DNA of 37,194 bases from Octopus bimaculoides (taxonomy: Eukaryota): contig NC_069000.1 of the NCBI RefSeq assembly GCF_001194135.2, positions 22,638,225 to 22,675,418 on the forward strand. The letters run 5' to 3'. The notes beneath the pieces were generated by a model. The model was not told where the DNA came from. It made no database searches and was given only the letters and a program-made list of their open reading frames with translations. Position 1 is the first letter of the stretch; each line of letters begins with the position of its first letter. This document shows positions 10,960-22,444 of the stretch, piece after piece. A program made the translations under genes and the position numbers.

Positions 10960-12460
10960 CTCTATTCCTGGAAGGGTTGTTGGGATAGATTCCATAGGGT
11001 CCTATCAGAAGCAACCATCAATAGATTCTCCAACTGGAACACCAAACGTGACTAACTGAGTCTAATGATATTAACCAGTCATTGTTCTTGATCTACCCCT
11101 AGATCTCCTACCAGTTGACTTGGCTTGAAGAATCCACTTTGTGATTCTTTCCTTGTGACATTCTGATCACATGATTGTAGCACTGGAACGATGACCTCTC
11201 AATGTGGAGAAGTAACACCTTGATCTGAAGTGCCTCCCTGATCTCTGAGCTGCACACCCTTTCAAGTACGTATGTTCATGTGTGTAGGTGTATGTATATA
11301 CTCCAGAGACCCTTTAGAGGAACCCCATTTTGACAGCTTCTATTCACAGTTGCACTCTTTCAGTTCTTACCCAACTATCATAACCATAAGTAAGGATTAG
11401 CATGAAAACCGAATTGAAGATAGCAAGTTTGACTTTCTAATCAACTTCTCTTCTGAGGATTGAATGTTGGAGCTGGCACCTGTAATTCTAGCATCAAATT
11501 CAGCCACCTTTCTTTAATCCCTAATGAAAATGGCCCTAAAATACTTACACTTCTCCACTTGTCTCAGTGATGTTCTTACTAAGATGCAGATTGCACTGGA
11601 AAGACTTTCTTAAGAGGACCAATGTCTCAATCTTCGCAGTACTAATTTGCATCCCTGCTTTGCAGCACTCAACAACAAACCCTTCAAGTCCGTGTTGGGG
11701 ATCACCTTCTGATGAACCCACTAGCAACATGTCATCTGCAAATATCAGCCGACTAATCCTTCATCCTTCCACTGTGATACCGCTTCTACAATGGCTGCAC
11801 ATGTCAATCCAGTTCATAAAAATTATGGAAAAGAAGTGACAATATACTTACTTTCCAAAGTCCAACACCCACGGGGAAAGGTTTCAGCATAGGGTTCCTA
11901 TATAGCAGCCATGTCAGCATGAATGCCCTTGTGGGGCTAAACCCTTATTCTGCAGATACTTGATAACAGCACCATGCCTATGAGTTACTTTTGAAGTCTT
12001 TTTTGAAGAGTCAGATGCTAGTTTACCTGGAAAGAAACAATGCAGTTATTAATAAGGAGAGCTGAAATTAATGCACGCAAGATTTCACAGCTCCAGCATC
12101 AATCCTTCATAGTCAGTCTGTGAACGTTTTAGTCCACCTTTGTATAACACAGATTACTTCGGTGTTAGGTATCAAGGCAATTTACTTGTTGAGTGTCAAG
12201 CTCTGCATATTTCTCCACACATTACACTGAGGGTTTACCTAGCATTGATGTGCTTTGCACTTCCAAGTAGTTATGAGGGATTTCTGAATGCCTTCACAGA
12301 TTGAGGAGTTTGGTTGTGCAGTTTACAACCTAACTCCTTGGAATTCCGCTTTGCTCTTAGACGCTTTCCTATATCTCAATGTTGCCAGAATGGTTTTTGG
12401 AGAAAGAGATACACAGTCTGGTGAAGTCTGAGAACTGGCAAATGTAATGTGTGGTGACTA
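10960..12460 (-). mobile_element. Decayed RTE (Expander/REX3-like) LINE, interrupted by mariner
   Basis: PFPVGVGL, RISRLIFADDMLL (RT motif), VKLAIFNSVFMLILTYGYDSWVRTERV, LLLHIERS, STGRRSRGRSRT. Confidence 0.88.
11890..12142 (-). mobile_element. Mariner 5' fragment nested in RTE
   Basis: TIR-like caaaggtggactaaaacgttcacagactg next to TA; peptide RHGAVIKYLQNKGLAPQGIHADM. Confidence 0.75.
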
Positions 12461-12775
12461 CAAAGCTACAAGTCAACAGCTATTTATAATGTTAATTTTA
12501 TTTGCTGTTTTATTGTCTTGTTTCAGTCATTTTGCTGTCAAACACACATAACTGGGTAGTTATGGCGAATAAGCTCTGATATGTTTATTAGCCATAATGT
12601 AAACATGGTGTGTAAGATAATGATAGGGTAGTTCAGTTGATCAAACAACTAGCATATACATTGTCAAAACTGATGGGGGTTCATTAACTTTTTACTTTTA
12701 CCACATGCACATATATAAACACACACACACATATATATAAATATGTATGTGTATATATTATATATATACATATAC

Positions 12776-12828
<53 letters not shown>

Positions 12829-13117
12829 NNNNNNNNNNNNNNNNNNNNNNNNNNNNNNNNNNNNNNNNNNNNNNNNNNNNNNNNNNNNNNNNNNNNNNNN
12901 NNNNNNNNNNNNNNNNNNNNNNNNNNNNNNNNNNNNNNNNNNNNNNNNNNNNNNNNNNNNNNNNNNNNNNNNNNNNNNNNNNNNNNNNNNNNNNNNNNNN
13001 NNNNNNNNNNNNNNNNNNNNNNNNNNNNNNNNNNNNNTATACATCTGCTTCTAAACAAGGAATTAGTCAAGTACAGAGCAGTAATAAGGAAAAAGAGATG
13101 ACAAAACAATAAATTAA

Positions 13118-13244
13118 TATCTTAAGAACTTCATTAGCTTACAGTTGTTTCCACTATAAGATGTGGTGGACTTACAGTTGAGTGCCTGAGTAACACCTTA
13201 CAGCTTCATCAGAGCCTCAATATGCTAATAAAGTTCTTAAGATA
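13118..13244 (-). ncRNA. Type-I hammerhead-like motif enclosed by a 24-bp inverted repeat
   Basis: ggct CTGATGA a gctgtaaggtgt ...acatcttatagt g GAA AC aact GT A agct. Helix II has 12 bp. IR 13118-13141 / 13221-13244 matches at 22/24. Confidence 0.6.
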
Positions 13245-13623
13245 ATTGCTTATTCCTTAGTCATCTCTTTTCCCTTATATATATAGAGAGAGAGAGAAAG
13301 AGAAAGAGAGAGAAATATATATACACAGGCAAAGAGACATATATATGACTATGCTTATATTATCTAGTTTGACAGTATGTATGTAAGTATGTATGCATAT
13401 GTGCATGTGTGCACATGTGTGTATGTGTGTGTTTGTGTGCAATATATTAACCATTTCCAAATGTATGTAAAAAGTTCTTTGATTCAACACCACACTGCAT
13501 ACTACTGAATGTATCTATAAACTTTATTTTTTTTTGCAAACTCTGTGATGTACAGACAGATGTAGACATCTTTATCTTTATACACAATATCTCAACATCT
13601 TGCATGAACAGAAAAAGTGAGCT

Positions 13624-13669
13624 CAGTCAGATTAATTTCAATCATATCTTGAGATTTCATCAGTAACTG
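13624..13669 (-). ncRNA. Minimal type-I hammerhead ribozyme candidate (type Y), core intact
   Basis: cagtta CTGATGA aatc-tcaagatat-gatt GAA ATTAAT C tgactg. Helix I has 6 bp and helix II 4 bp; helix III is palindromic; AUC triplet. Confidence 0.7.
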
Positions 13670-14229
13670 TGAATCCTATTTAAATGTCCACAGTTACTAC
13701 TTAAACACTAATTCTACTTCTAAACCCACTATTACAAAGGACTTAATTAAATTGGATTGATCAGGTTTTGTATATATAACACATTCTTGGAAGTTCATTC
13801 AATTAATAGCTTAATGATGCATTAATAGTGTTATGTTTAAATATTATGCTGTTCTATGTAATATATCCATAGATTTCTTTTTTGCTAATACTGTATGTAT
13901 TAAGCAGATGTAAACATCTAGTGTCTTTCTATATAATAACTTCAGTGACTAAAAGAAACCAACTCAATGTAGTCTGACTGATTCCCATGCAACACCTATT
14001 TATGAAGAAATTGTATTTAGCGATAAAATGTGTGTGTTATGTATGTGTCTATGTATATGTAAATATACTCTAATATTAAATCGTCCAAAATAGAGATGGG
14101 ATTCAGTGTTCCCATGTAGTACATTTGAACAATTGTAAAGATCTTTTGTTACATGAAACCACTGGTAGCCTTGTTAACCCACAAATAAAGTATATATAGT
14201 TGCCTTTCAAGCGTTGGGCCTCACATATG

Positions 14230-14287
14230 CAAAGTGGCTGATGACTAGCACAATGCTTGAAACTCAAGAGTACCAACGAATTTGAAT
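14230..14287 (+). ncRNA. Type-I hammerhead ribozyme candidate (type Z)
   Basis: tgg CTGATGA ct-agca-caa-tgct-t GAA ACTC aa GAGT A cca. GUA triplet; helix II closing pair imperfect. Confidence 0.6.
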
Positions 14288-14358
14288 CAAACAGTTTTGA
14301 TCTATACATGAAATTCCCAATAAACTGGTTGAGTGCCCTTCTTTCATTTGTCCACTTG

Positions 14359-14402
<44 letters not shown>

Positions 14403-14404
14403 TA

Positions 14405-14457
14405 TGGCTGATGACTAGCACAATGCTTGAAACTCAAGAGTACCAACGAATTTGAAT
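14405..14457 (+). repeat. Exact 53-nt direct repeat of 14235-14287, ending at a gap
   Basis: Identical sequence 170 nt downstream; abuts the N run. Confidence 0.85.
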
Positions 14458-14650
14458 NNNNNNNNNNNNNNNNNNNNNNNNNNNNNNNNNNNNNNNNNNN
14501 NNNNNNNNNNNNNNNNNNNNNNNNNNNNNNNNNNNNNNNNNNNNNNNNNNNNNNNNNNNNNNNNNNNNNNNNNNNNNNNNNNNNNNNNNNNNNNNNNNNN
14601 NNNNNNNNNNNNNNNNNNNNNNNNNNNNNNNNNNNNNNNNNNNNNNNNNN

Positions 14651-14683
<33 letters not shown>

Positions 14684-15600
14684 ATACAGACAGACAGACG
14701 AAAATATTTTGACAAATTAAATTTAAATGTTGAAGTGAATCTAACGGTTTTTGTGCATTATTTTAAATGGCTTATAAACACCTTCCACGCTGCAATTGTT
14801 TTCGTTCCAGCACACGATCTCAGATCAGGTCACTTGCTATGCAAGTACATCTCCGTAATATATATATATGTATATATATATGTTAAACACACACACATGA
14901 TATAATGATGGGTGCTGGAGTAGAAACAAATTCCTACATTCGCAACATGTAGAATATTTTTGTGGTGGACTTGTTTTCCTACTTGGTTTTACAGTTTTGT
15001 TGTTGATGTTCAGTTGTTGCATTTCTGTGACATGGCAAGATAATACCCTGTTAATGGACTTACCTAGAGCAAACACCCTTGTAGGTATGACCATGGTATC
15101 ACATGTTTGCTGTGTTAGCAAAGCTTTGAGATCTATCTAGAAAGGGTACCACACATACACACACACACACACACACAAACAGGTCCACACATACGGACAT
15201 GTGCATGCATATACACAGATCCACAGACGTAGACACAAATACACACAAAGACTCACACAGACCTACGCAAATGTCCACAAACACAGTAGAGTTTGCTGAG
15301 AATATCTTGACCTATTCATTAGATGCAACAGATTGTGCTGTTGCAGAAATAGCCGCACAGATAGATGAATTGAGTCAATTAAGTTGTGTTTGACTGTGAG
15401 AAATACCTCTTAGTAATGTGAGTTCTGTCTGTTTGTTCTCTTTTAAGTTCAGGTCCCTTCTACATTCTAAGGTTTCGTTTTTTTAATCACTCTTGTTAAA
15501 TTGATGTAAAGGCATCCATATTTATCTAGACTGATCAACATTGCACACACACATGCATATTACACAGACACATAAAGGATTTCATTATCTTCTTATTTGA

Positions 15601-15649
<49 letters not shown>

Positions 15650-16082
15650 NNNNNNNNNNNNNNNNNNNNNNNNNNNNNNNNNNNNNNNNNNNNNNNNNNN
15701 NNNNNNNNNNNNNNNNNNNNNNNNNNNNNNNNNNNNNNNNNNNNNNNNNNNNNNNNNNNNNNNNNNNNNNNNNNNNNNNNNNNNNNNNNNNNNNNNNNNN
15801 NNNNNNNNNNNNNNNNNNNNNNNNNNNNNNNNNNNNNNNNNNNNNNNNNNNNNNNNNNNNNNNNNNNNNNNNNNNNNNNNNNNNNNNNNNNNNNNNNNNN
15901 NNNNNNNNNNNNNNNNNNNNNNNNNNNNNNNNNNNNNNNNNNNNNNNNNNNNNNNNNNNNNNNNNNNNNNNNNNNNNNNNNNNNNNNNNNNNNNNNNNNN
16001 NNNNNNNNNNNNNNNNNNNNNNNNNNNNNNNNNNNNNNNNNNNNNNNNNNNNNNNNNNNNNNNNNNNNNNNNNNNNNNNNNN

Positions 16083-16132
<50 letters not shown>

Positions 16133-16134
16133 GT

Positions 16135-16340
16135 GTGTGCGTGTGTTTGTGTCTGCGTTTGTCTCCCACCATCACTTGACAACTGATGATGGTGTATTTA
16201 CATCCCAATAACTTAGTGCTTCAGCAGAGACTGATAGAATAAGTACTAGACTTACAAAGAATATGTCCTGGGGTTGATTGCTTTGGCTAAAGGTAGTGCT
16301 CCAGCATGGCCACAGTCAAATTGAGAGAAACAAGTAAAAG
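16135..16340 (+). mobile_element. SINE family A 3' half
   Basis: gatagaataagtactag...ccagcatggccacagtcaaa...aaacaagtaaaag. Confidence 0.85.
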
Positions 16341-16804
16341 TCCACATTATTATTGTGTGTGTGTGTTTTATTCCCTGCTAGGCTTGATACTATAGGATAG
16401 ATGTAATCAAGTGTTACTTTTAGGCAAATAGTGTCTTTAGGTTTCATTGTTGTGAGTGAGACATGTCTGGCCAAGAGAAAATATTACTAAGCAGCTGCCA
16501 TTCTTCCTAAACATATCATGCCTAGGTCTACACATACATGAGCCAATGTGCATGATTAACATTGATCAGTAGGTGCTCTTAAAAGAGTGCTGGACAAAAC
16601 ACCTTGTGGTATATGTTCTGACTTTGTTTGTTGACAGCAATTCTTGTGATGAACTTGGTAAAGGCAACTGAACCAGCATTAAATTATGCAACTGAAACAG
16701 CATAAAATAAAAATCACAATCTGTGTATCATACTAAATATTTACACACCGTTTGAGGGTATGATACTGTGGATTGTCTGCAATAAATCCTTTCATAGGGC
16801 CAGC

Positions 16805-16962
16805 CTTGTCACATTCAGTGTCACACTGCATCTCCCTGAGAATTATGTTAAGGGTACACATGTCTGTGGAGTGCTCAGCCACTTGCATGTTAATTTCATA
16901 AGCAGGCTGTTCTGTTGATGGAATCAACTAGAACACTCGTTGTCATAACCAACAGAGTGACA
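16805..16962 (+). mobile_element. 3' half of SINE family H
   Basis: Homologous to 35620-35772 (catgtctgtggagtgctcagccacttg). Confidence 0.8.
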
Positions 16963-17149
16963 GTTAGGCTGAGATCTGAAATTGATTTGGGTGCTATTTC
17001 TTGCAGATAAACCATATGGAGGCTCGTTCATAATTATTTAGACCCTGGTCAGCTATGGTCAAGCAGACCTATGATCAAAAGCATTTTAGTTGCAACCATT
17101 TTGTCTTTTTATATCCCTGGCATTATATTACACACAGAAAAATCTATCA

Positions 17150-17439
17150 TTGTTTAGTTTTGTTGTTGTTGGCAGTAGTGAGGGTGTTGTTGGTGTTGGT
17201 GGTGGTGGTGGTGGTGGTGGTGGTGGTGGTAATGGTTGTCATCATGGTGTTATGACCAGAATTCCAAAATACTGCCTGAAGAAATACTAGCCAGAAAACA
17301 ATCACAATGATGCCACCACGGAAACAGAAGGAATAACAGAAAGAACAGAAAAGAAAGAGACTAAATGTAGAGAAAAACAAAAAATAAAATAAAAAATAAA
17401 ACTAGAATAAAGAAATAGTAAAATAATAACAATAATAAT

Positions 17440-17478
<39 letters not shown>

Positions 17479-17680
17479 AATAATAATAATAATAACAACA
17501 ACAATAACAATAATGATAAGAAGAAGAACAATAATACTAACAATAAAAATAATAACAATAACAATAACAATAACAACAATAATAATAATAATAATAATAA
17601 TAACAACAACAACAACAACAACAACCACCACAATAACAACAACAACAACAACGGCAACAACAACAACAATAATAATTCAT
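17150..17680. repeat. (GGT)n, (CAA)n and (TAA)n tracts
   Basis: Direct reading. Confidence 0.9.
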
Positions 17681-18149
17681 GTGGACATTTCAAATGTAAC
17701 TTGCAACTGTCAGAAGAATTTCCATGATGATGATGAATGATGAAATAATTGACTTTGGTATATAACCAATAATGGTAATAGTTAAACTATATGGCAGAGA
17801 TGTAGAAGCTTCTGGATTTCTTTCGTATCTTCCTTCTTATAAATTATTACAGTATTACCTTTTTCTCCCTCATTTATTTGCTCTCATTCTCTCTCTCTCT
17901 CTGTATATATATGTGTGTATATATGTATATATACATGTATATATCCATCTGTTTCTCATCCTTTCAGGTTATCTTTCTAATCTTGTTAAGGATCCAAATT
18001 GTGTCCACTCCGCCTTTTCCCCATTTGCCAGGGAGATCAGAACCAGATTAACCAACCGATGGTTTCATTTGCAAGAAGCAGGGTCTGATACAAGGGAAAT
18101 TTGGCTGCTATTTCTAGCAGGTCGACTAAACCACTTTTTAAGCATTTGT

Positions 18150-18410
18150 CTTTTAGTTGTTTCAATCATTGGACTGTGGCCATGCTGGGGCATCACCTTG
18201 AAGGGTTTAGTCAAATGAATTAAAACTCCTGAACTTATTTTTTGAAGTCTAGTACTTATTCTATCAATTTCTTTTATTGAACTGCTAAGGCTCATTCACA
18301 GGGATGTAAACAAACCAAAATTGGTTGTCAAGCTGTTGGAGGGGACTGGAGGACAAACTCAAACTCAAACCCAAAACCAAACCCCAAGACACACACAGAT
18401 ATATTTATAT
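18150..18410 (-). mobile_element. SINE family A 3' half, decayed
   Basis: gtttcaatcattggactgtggccatgctgg...agtacttattctatc. Confidence 0.8.
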
Positions 18411-18416
18411 GTGGGC

Positions 18417-18447
<31 letters not shown>

Positions 18448-18711
18448 GAGTATATGCATATATACGTACATGTATGTACATATCTACATGTATATATAGA
18501 AGCATATCTGGGTACAGGACACCACAAAAAAACATGGGCAAAATGAAAAACAGAACATAAACAGAGCACAGAAAACAAACAGGCCACACAGAGAATATTT
18601 CCTTCATCAGTTGCCCTTATTCTAAACTAAGCGTTTTGAAGAATTAGGGCAGGACGCATGGTTAGAATAGCTCTTCCCGTGGAAACAAATTAAATTAAAT
18701 TAAATTTAATG

Positions 18712-19235
18712 TCTGCGCATTTTCTGATTTTCACTCAAATCGTATGGTACCCATTTATAGAGCTTTTTTGATTTTTCTGATCACATGCAAATGGTTGCAG
18801 GCAATTTTCTGGCTAACTTGGAGTTCTTTTGCCAGTTCTCAGGTGGTTTTGTGTGGATCTTTCTCAACGATGATCTTTAATTGACACTCTTCGATGACAG
18901 GTGGGCATCCACTATGCTCGCGATCTTCAAGATTCAGGTCTCCACTGTGAAACCATTTAAACTATTTTCAAGCTGACCACTCACTGGTCATTTCCTCACC
19001 AAATGTTTCGTTGATATTGTGAGGAGTTTCAGCTGCTTTGCGTCCTTTTTTGAAGTTGAATAGCAAAATTGCTTGAATATCGCACTTTGACAGTTCAATT
19101 TCAGATGATTGTAACAATGGTGAAAAAAATATCAATGTTAATTTATTGATGCACTTGGGCAAGTCCATGTCTGTATTATCAGACAATTGCAAAAAGATGT
19201 TTACAAAAAATTAAAAACTCTGCAAAAATCCGGTA
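18712..19235 (-). mobile_element. Mariner (Hsmar1/cecropia-like) 5' transposase fragment
   Basis: DIQAILLFNFKKGRKAAETPHNINETFG...WFHSGDLNLEDREHSGCP...IVEKDPHKTT*ELAKELQV. Confidence 0.85.
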
Positions 19236-19824
19236 CAAATTCTTCATGATTTAAAACGTTGCCTACTTTTTACTCAACCTGAGAGAAGACACTTCAGTGG
19301 AACTGAACTGAAAACCACACAGTTGGAAAGTGAGCGCTTCTTAATCATGCAACCATGTCTGTCTTATTTCCAAATCTGTTCTACATCATTCTATTTGTGC
19401 CTACACAAAATCAAAGAAAAAGAAGAAAAAGGACATGAACAAATAAACAATATGAGAAACAAGTATGTTTTCCTCTTTTTGTTATTTTTTCTTTAACTCT
19501 GTTTATATGGTGATTTTTTTTTCTTTCTTTCTGGATCCTTTCTTATCTTTGTGTTTGGTTTGTCCTCTTCTGCCAAATTTGATGGATATACTGTTGGTTA
19601 ACAAATATCTTTAATGGGTGAGTGATGGATGTCTTTTTCTATGTGTCTATGCATGCATGTGTGTCCTGTGTGTGTGTGTTGTGTGTGTGTGTGTATGTGT
19701 GTATTGTGTGTGTGTGTGTTGTGTAGCTGATGGTTGCTACTTTGTTTTATGTGATAGCTTCTAGTTAGGCAATATGGTAATACAGAACAAAGATGGAAAG
19801 AAATGCTTGTGTTTATAAATTAGG

Positions 19825-19935
19825 AATGATAATAATAAAAACAATGAGGATGACCATAAAATAATAATGATGATGATAATAATAATAATAATGATAATAA
19901 TAATGATAATAATAATAATGATAATAATGATAATA
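19825..19935. repeat. (TAA/TGA)n tract
   Basis: Direct reading. Confidence 0.9.
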
Positions 19936-20662
19936 AATGCCTTCTAATCGACATATACCAACAGAAAACAATGGAGAAATGGAAAAATTCTCAAAATACA
20001 AAGATCTGGAAATAAAGATAACTCAAATGTGGAGCCTAAAAACAGAAACAATTTCTATAATAATAGGTGCATCAGATCAGATATCGTGCATGACTCAGTG
20101 GTTAGAGTGTCAGGCTCACAATCATGAAGTAGTAAGTTTGATTCCTAGACCAGGCTGTGTGTTGTGTTCTTGAGCAAGACACTTTCACATTGCTCCAGTT
20201 CACTCAGCTGTAGAAATGAGTTGCTACATCACTGGTGCCAAGCTGCATCGGCCTTTGCCTTTCTCTTGGATAACATCAGTGGCATGGAGAGGGGAAGCCG
20301 GTATGCATGGGTGACTGCTAGTCTTCCATAAAAACAGACTTGCCTGGACTTGTGCCTTGGAAAGGAACTTTCTAGGTGCAATACCATGGTCATTCATAAC
20401 CGAAGGGGTTCTTTATACTTTATACAGGTATATTTGAAAAACACACATACAAATGCATAGCCAAAACACCAGGACTTATGGATATGTATAACACAGAAAA
20501 TAGCCCTTCTTGGCACTGCACACATCCTATGTAAAGCACTTTCAATACAGTGAAAATAACAACACCAAAACAAGCCACAGCACATACCCAAGGCACACAG
20601 AGTTACACCTGGTAGAACAGTAAAAGCACGTGATAAAAATAAAACTACTGAATAATAATAAT
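19936..20662 (+). mobile_element. 5'-truncated R4/Dong-like non-LTR element (restriction-like endonuclease end), split by a SINE
   Basis: EMEKFSKYKDLEIKITQMWSLKTETISIIIGA [SINE] ...QKIALLGTAHILCKALSIQ*; ends aaaactactgaataataataata; flanked by (TAA)n. Confidence 0.8.
20085..20425 (+). mobile_element. tRNA-derived SINE family E
   Basis: A box tgactcagtgg, B box gtttgattcc, cttgagcaagacactt core, tail (ctttata)2. Confidence 0.85.
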
Positions 20663-20880
20663 AAGTTCTTATGTATTCTAATATTATGTTTTGCTATTTT
20701 TGCTCTTTTATACTTAACCATATTCTATTTATCTCCTATCCCTGCCCCAGTTGTAATTGTTCTCTCATTAACAAGTGTTTGTAAATCCCTTTGCTCTCTC
20801 TCATTAAAGGCCCTTGTTCCCATATCTAAATCTTTCTGCACTAATCAACAACTTTTAATTTATACTTATTAATCTTAGTA

Positions 20881-21169
20881 TTGGAGGCGCGATGGCCCAG
20901 TGGTTAGGGCAGCGGACTCGCGGTCGGAGGATCGCGGTTTCAATTCCCAGACCGGGCATTGTGTGTGTTTATTGAGTGAAAGCACCTAAAGCTCCACAAG
21001 GCTCTGGCAGGGGGTGGTGGCGACCCCTGTTGTACTCTTTCTCTCACTGTTTCTTGAGTAACGCTGCAATGGACTGGCGTCCTGTCTAGCTAGGGGGAAC
21101 ACATACGCCATAGAAACCAGGAAACCGGGCCCATGAGCCTGGCTCGGCTTGAAAAGGGCGCAGAAGAAA
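20881..21169 (+). mobile_element. Young tRNA-derived SINE family F with V-domain-like core and 10-bp TSD
   Basis: A box tggcccagtgg, B box gtttcaattcc, gatggactggcgtcctgtc-like core. TSD aatcttagta at 20871-20880 and 21170-21179; many CpGs retained. Confidence 0.9.
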
Positions 21170-21510
21170 AATCTTAGTACTGCTGTTGTTACTATCAGTA
21201 CCATTTTACGTACTTGTTTTCAGCTTAGCATTAGATAACATACCATAACTTTTTAGAATGTGGATTAGTCTGTCAAATGAAATACTTATTAATCTATGTT
21301 GTTTTGAATTAATCACGCATTATCATGTAGCTTTGAGATTTCAATGATGTGATTGTTTATTTCTAGAATGGCATTGTAGGCTAGGTTTGAGAAGTTGGAT
21401 TTGGTCAGTTTGAACATAAGACAGGTAGAATATATGTGCCAGATAAAGAACTCATCAACGTTTTATATAGTATGCTTTTTACTCAAAACCTATTTTTCAT
21501 TAAACTCAAA

Positions 21511-21924
21511 CTCTTTTACTCTTTTATTCTTTTACTTGTTTCAGTCATTTGACTGTGGCCATGCTGGAGCACCACCTTTAGTCGAGCAAATCGACCCCAG
21601 GACTTATTCTTTGGATGCCTAGTACTTATTCTATCGGTCTCTTTTGCTGAACCGCTAAGTAACGGGGACGTAAACTCACCACCATCGGTTGTCAAGCGAT
21701 GTTGGGGGTGACAAACACAGACACACAAACATATACACACACACATATATATACATATATACGACAGGCTTCTTTCAGTTTCTGTCTACCAAATCCACTC
21801 ACAAGCCTTTGGTTGGCCCGAGGCTATAGTAGAAGACACTTACCCGAGGTGCCATGCAGTAGGAATGAACCTGGAACCATGTGACTGGTAAGCAAGCTAC
21901 TTACCACACAGCCACTCCTGCGCC
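21511..21924 (-). mobile_element. Full-length SINE family A
   Basis: Head ggcgcaggagtggctgtgtggtaag to tail (taaaaga)n. Confidence 0.93.
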
Positions 21925-22444
21925 TGAACTATATCAGTGTTTTCAATCTAAAAGTTTACCAACAGATGATAATAATGACAATATGGCAATAGTTATCAGT
22001 AACTCACCAACTAAACAACTGCTCAGTCTTTCACTTATTCTTCTATTTATCAGCTTCCATTTTTTATTATTGCATTTACATTCCTTTCTTTCTCACTCTT
22101 CTCTTCCCTCTTTCCCTTTTTTTTCTCTTCTTTTTCCTGATCTTCAGAATCTTCTCTAATTCACTGACCTTGATAGGTCTCTCTATGTATGTCATCCCAA
22201 ACAACCTTGTCTTCCTTCTCTCTCTCTCTTTCTCTCTCTTCACCCTACACACTCACACAAAGACATCAAGCATTCTCTATGTGTCCTAATACTATTTTTG
22301 TCCCCCTCATTCACCTTTACATTCTTTACCCACCTCCATCGTCTTTGGTTACTCCACCCCCAGTAATTTAATATTTGCTAATGGGCTCAGACAAGCCACT
22401 CCTACAAGTGATCATCACTCCCTCCCTATCCAAACCCAACCAGG

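Noticed and set aside
14698-14858. Probable end of a common interspersed repeat
   Set aside because: Single copy in the window, with no TIR, TSD or coding evidence to classify it
16480-16660. Possible CR1/L2-like 3' end (ALKRVLDK)
   Set aside because: Similarity too short to support
18595-18690. Minus-strand AAAAC...CTGATGA with a 10-bp hairpin
   Set aside because: Helices do not fit type I, II or III hammerhead topology; possibly a Penelope-like terminus but unsupported here
20881-20960. tRNA gene
   Set aside because: It is the tRNA-like head of a SINE with body, tail and TSD, not a stand-alone tRNA
21245-21445. Possible TTAA-type MITE remnant
   Set aside because: Ends too degraded and no second copy in the window
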